This document shows, in pieces, positions 49,222-61,402 of a DNA stretch of 64,000 nucleotides. Both the position numbers and the translations under genes were made by a program. The stretch's first letter is position 1. Every line of letters begins with the position of its first letter. Source of the stretch: Nemertoderma westbladi (lineage: Eukaryota > Animalia > Xenacoelomorpha). Location of the stretch: assembly GCA_032718475.1 (NCBI GenBank), contig JAUCBJ010006854.1:8660-72659 (forward strand). Reading direction: 5' to 3'. Under the pieces are notes generated by a model that was given only the letters and a program-made list of their open reading frames with translations, was not told where the DNA came from and ran no database searches.

Positions 49222-52059
49222 ATGTACACAAATGCTGACAACCTCCTGAATAAACTAACAGAGCTGCTTACCTATGTATCTATCCACAATCCCCATGTTG
49301 TCGCTGTGACCGAGGTGTTACCAAAGTTTCATAAATTGGATATAACAGAGAGTAACTACACATTGTCTGGTTATAATATGTACTCGAACCTTGATAAGCC
49401 AGGTTGTAGTAGGGGCATTATAATCTACTGTAAAGATGGGTTAACCACAGCCGATTACAACATTCCCACCATTCCCAATACTCATGTATCATGTCTTCCA
49501 GAGTCAGTATGGATTACAGTATTTGGCTCTAAGAAGAATAACTTTGTTAATTTGGGATGTTTATATCGGAGTCCTACCAACCCTGAAGTAAACACGAAAG
49601 GTGTGTGCAACTTACTCGATGCTGTCTGTTCAGCAAACAGGAAAGAAGAGTTACTTATTGTAGGAGATTTTAATATGCCAGACACGAGTTGGCAAACCCT
49701 TTCATCCAGTGACAAATATGAAACTGAAATTATCCTATCAATAAATGATAACTTTCTCTACCAACTCATAGATAAGCCAACCCGCTTTCGTGCCAACCAA
49801 AAACCGAATATATTAGACCTGATTCTAACAAATGAGGAACATATTGTTGATTATCCTACTTATAGACCTGCTCTAGGTGCCAGCGACCATGTAGTGTTTG
49901 ACTTTCATGTTGCTCTCCAAACACCAAAGTCAGTTACAACACTTAATCGTCCCATCTTTTCAAAAGCAAATTATTCGGCAATTGCTGCAGAATTTAATAT
50001 CAATAACTGGTCTGCCCTCTTCACTCCTCTCTCTGCACAATCATCATGGTCACTATTCCATTCCTGCCTATTGCACTCATGCAAACACCATATTCCCACC
50101 AAACCCATTTCTTCCTCTCTGCCACCCAAGTGGATGAACATTGACGTTCGTAATTCTATTCGGAACAAGGAACACTGTTGGATTGCGTACCGCAGAGATC
50201 CGTCGCCTAATACAATGGAAAGATATAAACTTGCTAGAAATATTTGTACCCAAAATATACGGAAGGCAAAGTGTCAATTTGAACGTAAAATCGCCTTGAA
50301 TGCCTCAACAAATCCAACTGAATTCTGGAAGTTTGTTCGGTCAAAAACCAAAGTTCGTTCAACCATACACAACCTCAAACGTCCAGATGGTACATTCGCC
50401 ACTACAAATATTGAGAAAGCAACTCTGTTAAATGAGTATTTTCATAGTGCTTTTACAGTTGAAGACCTGAGTAACATTTCTAGCCTTCCTCCTACTCAAC
50501 CAAACACTATCGAACTCTCCTCAATTTCATTCACCACAGAATCAGTCACAAAAGCCATACAGGAAATGAAAAGTCCCAGTGCCCCTGGCCCTGATTCCAT
50601 ATATCCACAGGTCATAAAGGAACTTGCTGATTCCGTCGCCCATCCACTTGCTATTCTATTCCAAAAGTCTATGGATGAAGGTATAGTTCCAGCAGAATGG
50701 AAATTGGCAAATATATCTCCGCAGTTCAAGAATGGAAAGAAATATGATAAAGAAAACTACCGGCAGATTAGCTTAACCTCAGTTGTGTGTAAGCTTATGG
50801 AGCGCAACATAGCATCTGTCACATACGAATTTTTAAAGGAAAACAGACGTCTTTCTGACCAACAGTATGGGTTTCTTAAAGGACGCTCATGTACACTGCA
50901 ACTACTGGATGCCATATTTAACTGGTATAAGGTCCTTGATGACCGACAATGTATTGACGTTGCCTTTTTAGACTTTCGTAAAGCGTTTGATTCTGTCCCA
51001 CATCAACGTCTACTCCTCAAATTGAAGTCATTGGGGATAGCTGGCAACCTTTTGAAGTGGATTAGTTCGTTTTTATCTGGTAGATACCAACGAGTAGTAA
51101 TTGGTGGTGAACATTCAACATGGCTATCAGTTGATAGTGGGGTTCCCCAAGGAAGTGTCGATGGGGTACTATTTTTCTTGGGATTTGTAGATGACATTCC
51201 TGCACTCCTAGGGCATTTGGCATACTTGTTTGCTGATGACTTAAAAGACTCTGCTGTAGTGGATCCCTCTATTAAACTCTCCGTGGGACCCCTGCAAAGT
51301 GATCTAGATATTTTGGATTGGTGGAGCAAGACCTGGCAATTATTATTTAATCATAAGAAATGCAAGGTAATGCATATTGGTCGCTCTAACCCCAGGTACA
51401 CGTACACCCTCGGGTCACACACACTGGAGACAACCGAAACAGAGAAAGACTTGGGTGTGAACTTAGATGATTCTCTCCAGTTCTCATTGCACACAGCCAC
51501 TATCGTGAAGAAGGCAAATAAGGTTCTGGGGCTAGTATATAGAAGCTTTAATCACCTCAATGAAGACATGTTCATTAGTCTCTATAAGTCACTTGTCCGT
51601 CCTTGTGTGGAATACGCATCTCCAGTTTGGTCACCCAGCCATGTAGGAGAAAGCCGCCTACTTGAGTCTGTCCAACGTCGGGCTACCCGTTTGGTAGCGG
51701 GCCTTCGTGACCTTCCATATCCGGAGCGACTGCGTCGCTTGGGACTACCTACTCTGGAATACCGACGTTCTCGCGCGGACCTTATTCAATTATATCGCAT
51801 GCTAACGGGTGTTGATGCTGTCGATTGGCAGAGTTTCTTCTCCTTATCGTCAACTGTCTGTCGCGGTAACTCTTTAAAACTCACCAAACCGACCGTCCGT
51901 CTGAAAATCCGGGCCGATTCGTTCCACTTCCGAGTCATATCTCCCTGGAATGCTCTTCCTGATGTGGTTGTTACTTCCCCAAGTGTGAATATATTCAAAT
52001 CGAACTTAAATGACCATTACAACTCTGCTACTAAGTTCTACCCATCCTGGTGGAATTAA
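49222..52059 (+). CDS. LINE ORF2: APE endonuclease plus reverse transcriptase (may be reached by readthrough from ORF1)
   Basis: YTNA, VTE, LYRSP, GDFNMP, LDLILTN, SDH; APGPD, YRQISLTS, QYGF, LDFRKAFDSV, GVPQGS, FADD, EKDLGV, LESVQRRATRLV, YPERLRRLGL. Confidence 0.95.
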   Translation: MYTNADNLLNKLTELLTYVSIHNPHVVAVTEVLPKFHKLDITESNYTLSGYNMYSNLDKPGCSRGIIIYCKDGLTTADYNIPTIPNTHVSCLPESVWITVFGSKKNNFVNLGCLYRSPTNPEVNTKGVCNLLDAVCSANRKEELLIVGDFNMPDTSWQTLSSSDKYETEIILSINDNFLYQLIDKPTRFRANQKPNILDLILTNEEHIVDYPTYRPALGASDHVVFDFHVALQTPKSVTTLNRPIFSKANYSAIAAEFNINNWSALFTPLSAQSSWSLFHSCLLHSCKHHIPTKPISSSLPPKWMNIDVRNSIRNKEHCWIAYRRDPSPNTMERYKLARNICTQNIRKAKCQFERKIALNASTNPTEFWKFVRSKTKVRSTIHNLKRPDGTFATTNIEKATLLNEYFHSAFTVEDLSNISSLPPTQPNTIELSSISFTTESVTKAIQEMKSPSAPGPDSIYPQVIKELADSVAHPLAILFQKSMDEGIVPAEWKLANISPQFKNGKKYDKENYRQISLTSVVCKLMERNIASVTYEFLKENRRLSDQQYGFLKGRSCTLQLLDAIFNWYKVLDDRQCIDVAFLDFRKAFDSVPHQRLLLKLKSLGIAGNLLKWISSFLSGRYQRVVIGGEHSTWLSVDSGVPQGSVDGVLFFLGFVDDIPALLGHLAYLFADDLKDSAVVDPSIKLSVGPLQSDLDILDWWSKTWQLLFNHKKCKVMHIGRSNPRYTYTLGSHTLETTETEKDLGVNLDDSLQFSLHTATIVKKANKVLGLVYRSFNHLNEDMFISLYKSLVRPCVEYASPVWSPSHVGESRLLESVQRRATRLVAGLRDLPYPERLRRLGLPTLEYRRSRADLIQLYRMLTGVDAVDWQSFFSLSSTVCRGNSLKLTKPTVRLKIRADSFHFRVISPWNALPDVVVTSPSVNIFKSNLNDHYNSATKFYPSWWN

Positions 52060-53915
52060 TCTAATCTAATCCACTTGTTCACATAATCTATCTAACTCAT
52101 AATTACTGTAAATCTTATTTTGCCGTATATTTTATTAATCATTAATCTTATTTTAACTTCAGTTTTTTTTTTTATCGCTTTTTATTTTTATTGAATTTCT
52201 ACCGTTTTATTTTACTACTTATTTTATTTAATTTTCCCATTGGTTAAAAATTGTATATCGTATTTCCCCAGTTGCCCTATTTTTACTCACATGCTATGCA
52301 ATCTGTTATGCATTAATCTTTTATCTTCATGTATTTGTATCGTTTTACTATTGTACTGTATCTGTTTTATTTAATTATCCATTCTCAGTTGTTTTTCTTA
52401 CCTTTTTTTTAATGAATTTGTACTGTTTTACTTTACTTTTGTAGGCCTACCTAATTTATTTTATTTTCCAGTAGTTATACAATGTATGTATATCGATCGT
52501 ATTGTTATGCTCTCACACATTCCGGAATCACAGTTCTCTGTTGTTCTATTTTACTCACATGTTGTGCAATCCCACTTTAATTATTAATCTACCACTGCGT
52601 TGTACATTATATAGCCAATAATCTTATTCTGTTAACACCGTATAGATTACTTTTATGCCATTAATTTTTATTTATTTTATCTAGATAGTCCACGTGATAT
52701 ATAAACTTTTATTTACTTTGCGCCATTTTATTGTATTATGGAGACATGCCGTAAATGCTAAATGTATGTTGCATTCTACCTTATTGTGTGGTTTAAATGT
52801 TTTGAGTAATTTTTATATTTTTAAAGTTTAATTTCCGCGTACATATCGTGATTTATGGGACCCTATAAGTTCTCAACTTTCTTGTTCCTGTAACTTTTAA
52901 TAATAATAATAAATAATAATAAAATAATAATTAATCTATTAGACGTACGATATCGGTACAACTATATCTTCTCATTATATTAACTGTCTGCAATAGTTAA
53001 TTGTAAGTAATATACATTAGCGACCACCGACCACCTACATTTAACTAAGTAAAGTGTAACTTATTACTTCAGAATTATGGCTTCTAAAAATAGTCAGACG
53101 TTTTGTGTTTGCATTGCGGTTTGCCACATGGCTGGCTGACGCAAATAATAGCTGATTAAGAGCAAATATTAAACTATATCCTTTGCTTATACAGTATTTA
53201 CTTTTTCTTTATTATTGTTATGGTGTGAATATCATAATACCTAAATACAGTATTATTCTTTCATAATTCATACCGGTACTGCTCTGTGGTTTTATCTACG
53301 TACGTCCATGTACGTACAATTTAGTGCATGGCACCTTCCAACAGACCAACAACGCGCAGGTTCTATCTACTGTGACTGTAGTAGTCTTATGTTTGTATAG
53401 TATGATAGTATGTGTGAAATGTGGGGGAGCTCTATGTCTATATCTGTATATGGGATATTTATTTTCATTCATTCCTGTTTTATCTTTTTTTCTCTCTCTT
53501 GTCTTGCCAGTCACGCCAGATGACAAAAACACAAAGCTGAAACACCCTGTCATCATAAAGTCAACCTATCATTGCAGCATTGTTTCATTTGCTTTGTTGC
53601 GTTGTTGTGTCTTGTGTGGTTGGTTGGTACCGGTACCGGTACCGGGTGACCGGTACCGACTAACTGCTAACGGCAGAGCCTGCGGTGCAGTACTACCGCT
53701 GTACCGGTACTGCTGTACTGGTCAGCTGGTCTGGTAGGCCTGTCGGGCGTCGGCACTTATTCAGAAATACAGGCAGGCAGGTCCAAGACCTCTCTAGCTA
53801 GACAGGGACTCTAGCTGTCTAACTGTAGGCCTATTGTTTTGCTGATTTGTCCGCAGTATGGTTTCGGGTTTCGCACTTCGGCACTTCATTTAATGTGGTT
53901 TAAAATAATACAGTA

Positions 53916-55202
53916 ATGAAGAAATTTACAACTGAGATTGGAGTTCCCGTGTACGTTTCGTTGAACAAGAATAATTCACAAGCTAAATACCACCGCCTTC
54001 CTCAATCTCACCTGGAACCTTCCGTTAAACCGTCGTGTTTATCCAGAATGTGTTCCTCAAACCGCAAATCTTATATCTACTTTATATTATTCTGTGGGTT
54101 CGTTTTGGCAGCTTGTTTATACATCACGCGACGAATGCCTTCCTGTTCGGATGAACATTTGGGTCTAGAGGAGGAGAGAGTTTACAATCACATAAAGGAT
54201 TTATTATACAACACCGGTATGACGGAGGAGAATGGCTTGGTTCGTTACCACGTCGATATGCTGGACTCTAATAAGCAATTCGACGTGGAAAGCAATGACG
54301 TCATAGTGTTTATTCATATACAGAAAACTGGTGGGACGACTTTCGGAAAACATTTAGTTAACAACTTAGATCTTAAGAAACCGTGTAAATGTCGACGCAA
54401 AAAGAAGAAGTGTAAGTGTCTGCGACCTAACAGCGACAACAGTGTTTGGTTGTTCAGTCGTTTCTCCACGGGTTGGCTGTGCGGCCTGCACGCTGATTGG
54501 ACGGAGTTGCAGGAATGCGTCCCGGGGGAGCTGGACCGGTTAGAGCGGGACAAACCCTCGGGGCAGCCGGCCCTACGTCGGTACTACTACGTGACGATGC
54601 TACGGGACCCGGTGCCGCGCTATCTTAGCGAGTGGAAGCACGTGCAACGGGGGGCAACCTGGAAGACCTCGCGGCACGTGTGCGGGGGGAGGACCCCCAC
54701 GGCGGAGGAGTTGCCTCCCTGCTACGCCGGAGAGTCGTGGAAGGGAGTATCTCTACGGGAGTTCATAGATTGCCCCTCTAACTTAGCGCATTCGCGACAG
54801 ACTAGAATGCTAGCTGATTTATCCCTAGTCGACTGCTACAACTTGACTACTTACTCGCCGGAGGACAGATCAACGCTGTTGCTTAGCAGCGCTAAGACTA
54901 ACCTACTGCGACTCGCATACTTCGGGATCGTTGAGTATCAGAAAGAGAGTCAGTTCCTTTTCGAACAGACGTTTCATTTTAACTTTATCAGACAGTTCGA
55001 GCAGCACTCAGAGACCCACGCCGACAACGCTTACGATTTGGAGAGCGACGAGGATATGGAGTCGGTGCGGACGATTAATGAGATCGACTCCGAACTCTAT
55101 CGCTTCGCTAAATCTATTTTCCTTCGAAGAGTCGATATTATGAAGAAACTCGCTCTGGATGCAGACGGAGAGTTAGAAGAAGACAGTTTGTTAGCGAGTT
55201 AG
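53916..55202 (+). CDS. HS6ST: Heparan-sulfate 6-O-sulfotransferase, single coding exon
   Basis: Type II TM segment; FIHIQKTGGTTFG (5'-PSB); WLFSRFSTGWLCGLHADWTEL; LRDPVPRYLSEWKHVQRGATWKTS; RQTRMLADLSLV. Confidence 0.97.
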   Translation: MKKFTTEIGVPVYVSLNKNNSQAKYHRLPQSHLEPSVKPSCLSRMCSSNRKSYIYFILFCGFVLAACLYITRRMPSCSDEHLGLEEERVYNHIKDLLYNTGMTEENGLVRYHVDMLDSNKQFDVESNDVIVFIHIQKTGGTTFGKHLVNNLDLKKPCKCRRKKKKCKCLRPNSDNSVWLFSRFSTGWLCGLHADWTELQECVPGELDRLERDKPSGQPALRRYYYVTMLRDPVPRYLSEWKHVQRGATWKTSRHVCGGRTPTAEELPPCYAGESWKGVSLREFIDCPSNLAHSRQTRMLADLSLVDCYNLTTYSPEDRSTLLLSSAKTNLLRLAYFGIVEYQKESQFLFEQTFHFNFIRQFEQHSETHADNAYDLESDEDMESVRTINEIDSELYRFAKSIFLRRVDIMKKLALDADGELEEDSLLAS

Positions 55203-58200
55203 CCGCCCAAATAATCAATGTTTATATCATTATGTTAAAAGTAACACTATTCAGTGTTTATGGCCCGACTGTATTTATGTAAATATGTTTAACATGAATA
55301 GAGTAGACCGGGTCATAAACGCTGAATACGTAATTTTGTGACATTATGCCAACTTATTGGTGTTTTGAACTCTTAATTTATCTCTCTAATATTCTAATGG
55401 AATATTGATGAAATTCAATATACATTTATGAAATTAATTGCAGTTACTTTACTACAATAACAGTCTAGTGGTAAACCAGGGAAAGGGAACACGATAAGAT
55501 ACGATACGAAATCCGAGTTTGTTAATTTTCCCTATCGGATTTAGTAGAAATTGGCTACTAATCTAATACAAGTGATCAATTTTCGTATTTCGTGTCTCAT
55601 TGTAAATAATTTATATTATTACTTCCGATGAAACTGTCTAATAATACTATTTTAACAAGTTTATTTTTATAAAACAAAAGATTATTATGTGAAAATGTTA
55701 TTAATAAATAATAATAAACAGATAAAGTTTAACCTATTTAATCTGATATCGTATTTGTGTTTTCCCTATCGTTTCGTATTTCCTTTTACAATCGTATCGT
55801 TATCAGGTCCCTGGCTGTTAAAAGTCTTTCGAAGTTTATTCAATAAGTTTATTGTTTCTAAATTCGTGACGCTAACACAATATATATTTGTATGGGAAAC
55901 TTTATCTGCCTATAGAGATAATCTATATATAGATTATCTCTTAATTATTTAGTTATAGAGCTAAAGAACAATCATAAAAAAGGCTTCTTATACTTTCTAT
56001 TTGGTTATCTTATGTCATTAGTATGGATTCGATCTGCACATCTCATAATATACTGGTACATGCATGTGGTATTAATAGTTATAGAGTCACACCGCTGGCT
56101 ACATGCTGAATTATTTTATGTTGCCTTACTTGGTCACATGATTGTATATAATAAAATAGGTACGTAATGTAATTGTTAATTAATGTTATCTTTTTAATTG
56201 GTATATTTATTACGTATATACAAGTATTACGTATTTATTTATTTGTACGGATTTCCTGTTTGTTTATTTATTATGCGCGAACTATTTTGCTACAATAACT
56301 ATACCATGTAATAGATAATAAACTTTTGTAAGGTATTGGTTTTAAATGCCAATTTAGCTAATTTGACTGCCGATTTTTTTATATTGATTTTATGTGAGGG
56401 GCTATCTATCTATCTATAAAAATTAACACCATGTTTAGGTTTGGGGGAGTTCTTGTGGGATGCTCTTGCGTGACGAGTTGTGACAGACAAGGGAGTGGGG
56501 GGGATTCGGATTAACACTTTAATAAGAGTATCTAACCAAGATGTTGAAATGTTTTACAAGTAATATTGTCTGGCAGATCCTACACTGCCTAATATTGATT
56601 TTAAACAAATCCGCATTTAGATTCATTCGAATAGATTCATTTTCGCTGACGTGGCTCTGTCGAAAAACGCGTCCCTGATAGCAGTAAAAGGTGTCTCTTT
56701 ATTGAGGGGCAGTATTACAGTATTATTACCGTGGAACTGCTCCGACTCCTTAACACATCAACCATCCCGCTCTCCGACGAAGATGAACAGAAAATCATAA
56801 TGCACAAACTCACACCCCTGCCCCACACCCACCCATACCTGCTACACATGATTCATTTCCTAAAACACAAAATAATTACTCTATAATATTCGAAGCGGGT
56901 ACAATTAAAACCAAAATTACGCAAAAATATAAAACCTGATTGTTTTATATTCTAAAAAACAATAAGTGAGAACAATATCAGCGACACTTCGTTAACTATA
57001 TTGATTGGCTAGACTAGAGACTCAAAATAAAGTGAAATAACTGTAAATTTCATTAATAACTACAGTATATAGGCCCTATAGATGATTGTGTGTAAATTAG
57101 CAATATTCAATAGACAGCTCTAGGTTTGTACATCGTGTCAGAAAAGTGTCATAAAACTAGCGGATGATAGGCCTATAATAATGTTCCAAAGTTTGAGTAA
57201 AATAATTTAATATCTACCATCTCTATTTCTTCACATCAGGGCAACAGTCCATTCAATAATTATCTATTTGTTTGTTGTACCTAAAAATAGAATTCAAATA
57301 AACATTCAGAATATACAAACTTGTACTTACAAAAAATTGACGATTCAAAATCATTTATTACTGTAATTAAATATGAACGATGAAGAATATTCAAACCGAC
57401 GAAATTAATCTATGTCTAGAGTCTAGGGAATAATGTACATTCGCAAAATAATTATCTACAAAACTTTGATTTAATTCTTTCAAAATATAAGATCACTCGA
57501 ATCAAAAAGACATCCATACAGAAGTTATCATTCAGAAGTACAATTCCACTCGCGTTCAATATTTTTATTGAATGCTACTTAAAGTTATCGTGCCAAGAAA
57601 TATAAATTTAAATAAATTTAAATTCACTAAAATTAATCATAATGACATGGCATAAACTGCAACACAATTAAGAGTAATTAGCAAGTCGTAAGACTTGATT
57701 ACTGTAAGAATTGCTAAAAGCCGCTAGGCCCGTCTCTAATTAAAGGGAACTGCAAAGCATTATAAGGAGTCTCCAAATATTCCTGAAAACGCCCGTTTAA
57801 CTTTAATGAAGGACATATCGGAATCGTCGGAGGGTTCGGATTGTTGGTCGCTGCGTCGACGAGCAGGTTGTCCACTAGATCCAGGGTTCGAGCCCTGGGG
57901 CTGTCTTATCGGAGGTTGAACGGATTGTTGATGCCCTACACAGAGACCTTAATTATTTATGTTTGAGATATAAATTAAATTCTCAGCATGGTGGGGAGGG
58001 CGGGGTGTTCAGGGCAAACTTTCCGAAATCGTTAGTTATGAAAAGGGACGATTAATGTGTTACCTACACGAAATAATAGCTAATAAAGTATGAATAATTA
58101 ACTAGGTATCGTTGCCAAAAGGTCAATGATTAGAATCCCCGAAACATATATTTTTTTTTAATTTTTGGGCACTTCCGATCATACCGTTTGCCATGTGGTG

Positions 58201-61200
58201 TGGTATGTCCAATCATCAACCAATATCTATTATCCGTAAGACTATTGTGAATCTACTGTATATCCATTCTATATACTTCTATATTCTATATTACTTATGT
58301 TAGCATCCCCCCCTACCCCCCAATGGTTATTGGATGATTAGACACACTAGTTATTGACTCCATGGGGCTGCCAAAGCACATTATTGTGCACAGGCTGGTG
58401 CTTAACGGCGAAAGCAATGTCCTGCAAAGCGGAGGCGGCCTTGTTGAAGTAACAAGTTTGGCGGAACCAATGAGAAACTTCCAATGTTATGTAGTGTCTG
58501 ATTGATGATTGTGCATTGTACTTGACACAGTGAACCCGATGTAAATATAAAATCTGGGGTAATTTATATAAAATTATTATCTAAGAGGATGACCGCATTA
58601 ATTACCAGGGTGAGGTCAGTTGGGGACATCCCTGACCCTCACGGAGACTTTCACCACCTGCATACACATTCTCTTTTGTACCTAACATGTTGTATCTTAC
58701 ATTAACTATTCGATATTATTACATACTTCATACTTAGTGAATACTGTAGGCCTATACATACTAGAGAATACATTTTACATTTACACGGGGAGTGCCCAAA
58801 ACACACTAATACCGAATATATCCAATTCCAAAAAAACCATTCAACTATAAAATTACATGGCAATAATTGGCAATAAAATTATTTATTATTATTATTATTT
58901 TTAAATTATTTGGGTTTGAATTGTCCTATGCTGAATCCGGACAATTTCGACCCGGGACTAGAAAACTGCAGACGGATGAGCCTCCTTTAAATGACACAGC
59001 TAATTGTGTAGTACAAATCTGCCAAGTCTCAGATTGAACGGATTAAAATCAAAGAAATGGGAGGACATTTAATGTTTAGAGATGTTGCCATCTACCAGGA
59101 GACTGTTATTGAACTAATCTGTGTCTAAAAGTCTCTAAAAATCTCAACTTTTGTTGTTATTGATGTTTACAAATTTTCAAAGTTATTAGCATGTCAAAAT
59201 CGTAAATACGACGACGACAACAACTAGTGGCGTGCAAGCACCGGGATGTAAATCTTCAATCTTCAGAACATTTCATTAATCTAATGACACCAATTATTGT
59301 AGTACTACAGTTGAAGGCCTACATTTACTAAAATTCATTCACCTGGAATTAGTAATTAGTAATGCACCTGGAATAGTTCACATTCTCCCATACCTTGACT
59401 GAGAAGACTATCAGCTGTATAAAATATTTAACACACACTATTGCTACCCTATAAAGAATTTCAAGTTTGTATGGGAGTGGAGTTTAGGCAGTAGGGCCTA
59501 AGCAACAGTATAAGTGTACTAAGTACAATAATCTTGGCAACCTCATCGATTTATTGAGTAGAAATCCATTACATTACATAAGCCATTTTTCTTTTCGTCA
59601 CTGTTATTAGTGTTGTGACGGGATCGTAGATCCCGACCGGGTTAGATTTTGTACGTTTAACCTGACTGCTGGTCTGCTGGGCTAGTGTCCTTTTGGCTGA
59701 AAGCCGTTGGGGAAAATAACAGAGTTTGCGTTCCTCAATGTTAATGTTCCAAATGATAATAGCACAGAATTAGTAATGTGATTGATATCGCAATACAGAA
59801 CGACAGCAGCAAATCAGTAATAGATATTGGTTGGCGACAGTCGAAAACTATGACCGGTCTGCAACTCTGTGATTAATGAACTGACCGGTAAATCAGTAAT
59901 ACAGAATAATTATATGATTGATACACACAGATATTGGTTTCACCTCTTACTCTACTTGGCCTTCTGTACCCAGTGGATGCTTTCCTATCTCTGTTCACGT
60001 GCTCCCCTGCCTGCTATTGGCTTATATACTAATTGTCACTTTGGCACTCCCTGTGACTGTTTCCCCCCGCCACTAGCCTTTACTAGCTGTGTTCTCCCTC
60101 CGAGGTGGTTTGACCTTTCACCTCTCTCTGTGGCTTCAGGGCTTGTGTCGCCCCTCCCCCAAAGTTGGTTATGAGGCGAGATTATTATTGGTAATCTCGT
60201 ATCGCCAACTATATTGGTAAAATGCCACTGGTCCCATTTTCGGGTGGATAATGCAAGGGAATTGAATCCGCTTACACTCCCCCCCATGCTATCTTCCCGG
60301 TGAGAAGATAGCATCAACCTTAAGTGCGCTTCAATTCCGCTGGAACCCAACCTAATATTGGGTGTGGGGTGGAGTTCTCTTCTCGGGGTCGGCTTTCGAG
60401 ACCGCCCCCCCCTGGGTGTGTTATTGATACCCCCCTTGGTGCAATCGCGAGCTATGTTGCACCAAGGTATCTGGTGTCTCTGTTTGAGACAATTGTGCTC
60501 TCTCTTCACACAATTTTCTACAACCTCCTCTAACCTTCCTCACGGACCTCGCTGTCCCTCACTCTCACTCTCTCTCACGGACCTCGTTGTCCCTTATTCT
60601 CTCTTCAGTCCCTTGGGACTCTTCCTCTCTCACTGCTCGCTCCCCATACTTGAATTGTACTTCTTTCACTTCTACGCGTGTCAACACCTCCTCTCCCTAC
60701 TTCCCCCGTTCTCCTATACTCAACCGGTATTTGTTTTGGTTCTCCGCCCCTCCTGTCAGGCTCCCACATTCTCATCAGTGCGGCCGCACTTGAGAAAATG
60801 GGATCCGTCTAATGTCTCGTCCTCATATTATAGTCAATTGGTCACCAGTCCCAGTAGCTAATTGGAAAAGGTTATATATGACTATAGTACTTAGATTGAT
60901 TATATATTTATATTGGTTATTCGATTATCTACATATGTACATACTAATTGCACTTTAATTATTTGCACTTAAGAGTTCGTATTTGCCTTCCAGATCGATG
61001 GTTGGTGTCCTTTTGGTATCCTTGCCAACTCCCCTGGAGGAAATCGCCATAGGCTCTCAAATATGCTACCAACTTCTTCCACCTCTTGTAGGGTGTATCC
61101 ACCTCTCTGTCCACTAGGTGTCAGCCATCGTAGTGCACCGACTCGTCCTTCAGCCCCGGGTGGTCTATAAGACCCTCAAAGGCCACGTTAAAGGCTCTCC

Positions 61201-61402
61201 TGTGATTTAGAGGTGCTCCTGATAGCAGAAACGCCGTCGGCTTTCTTCCGATCACCATGGCCATGAATAGGTTTAATAAACCTATCATTATACAATCCTC
61301 CTGTAAGATATATCTCTTCTGAATATCTTTATCACTCCCCTTTGGAACTAATATACCTCCTGTTTCCCTGGCCTCGCTCCCTATTGCAGCGAGTTCGCCA
61401 GT

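Larger units (their letters stand above)
47900..52930 (+). mobile_element. Apparently full-length CR1-group LINE with long AT-rich 3' UTR and (TAA)n tail
   Basis: Open ORF1 and ORF2; tail taataataataaataataat at ~52898-52930. The 5' end and TSD were not resolved. Confidence 0.85.

Noticed and set aside
55476-55813. Possible hAT-like MITE (ccaggga...tccctgg with cgata repeats)
   Set aside because: The TIR match is short and no TSD could be confirmed.
56644-56680. Second hammerhead-like string ctgacgtggctctgtcgaaaaacgcgtc
   Set aside because: The core is CUGACGU rather than CUGANGA, and no stem I can be formed.
57860-57905. B-box-like ccagggttcgagccctgg hairpin
   Set aside because: No convincing A box, tail or TSD; at most an old SINE relic.
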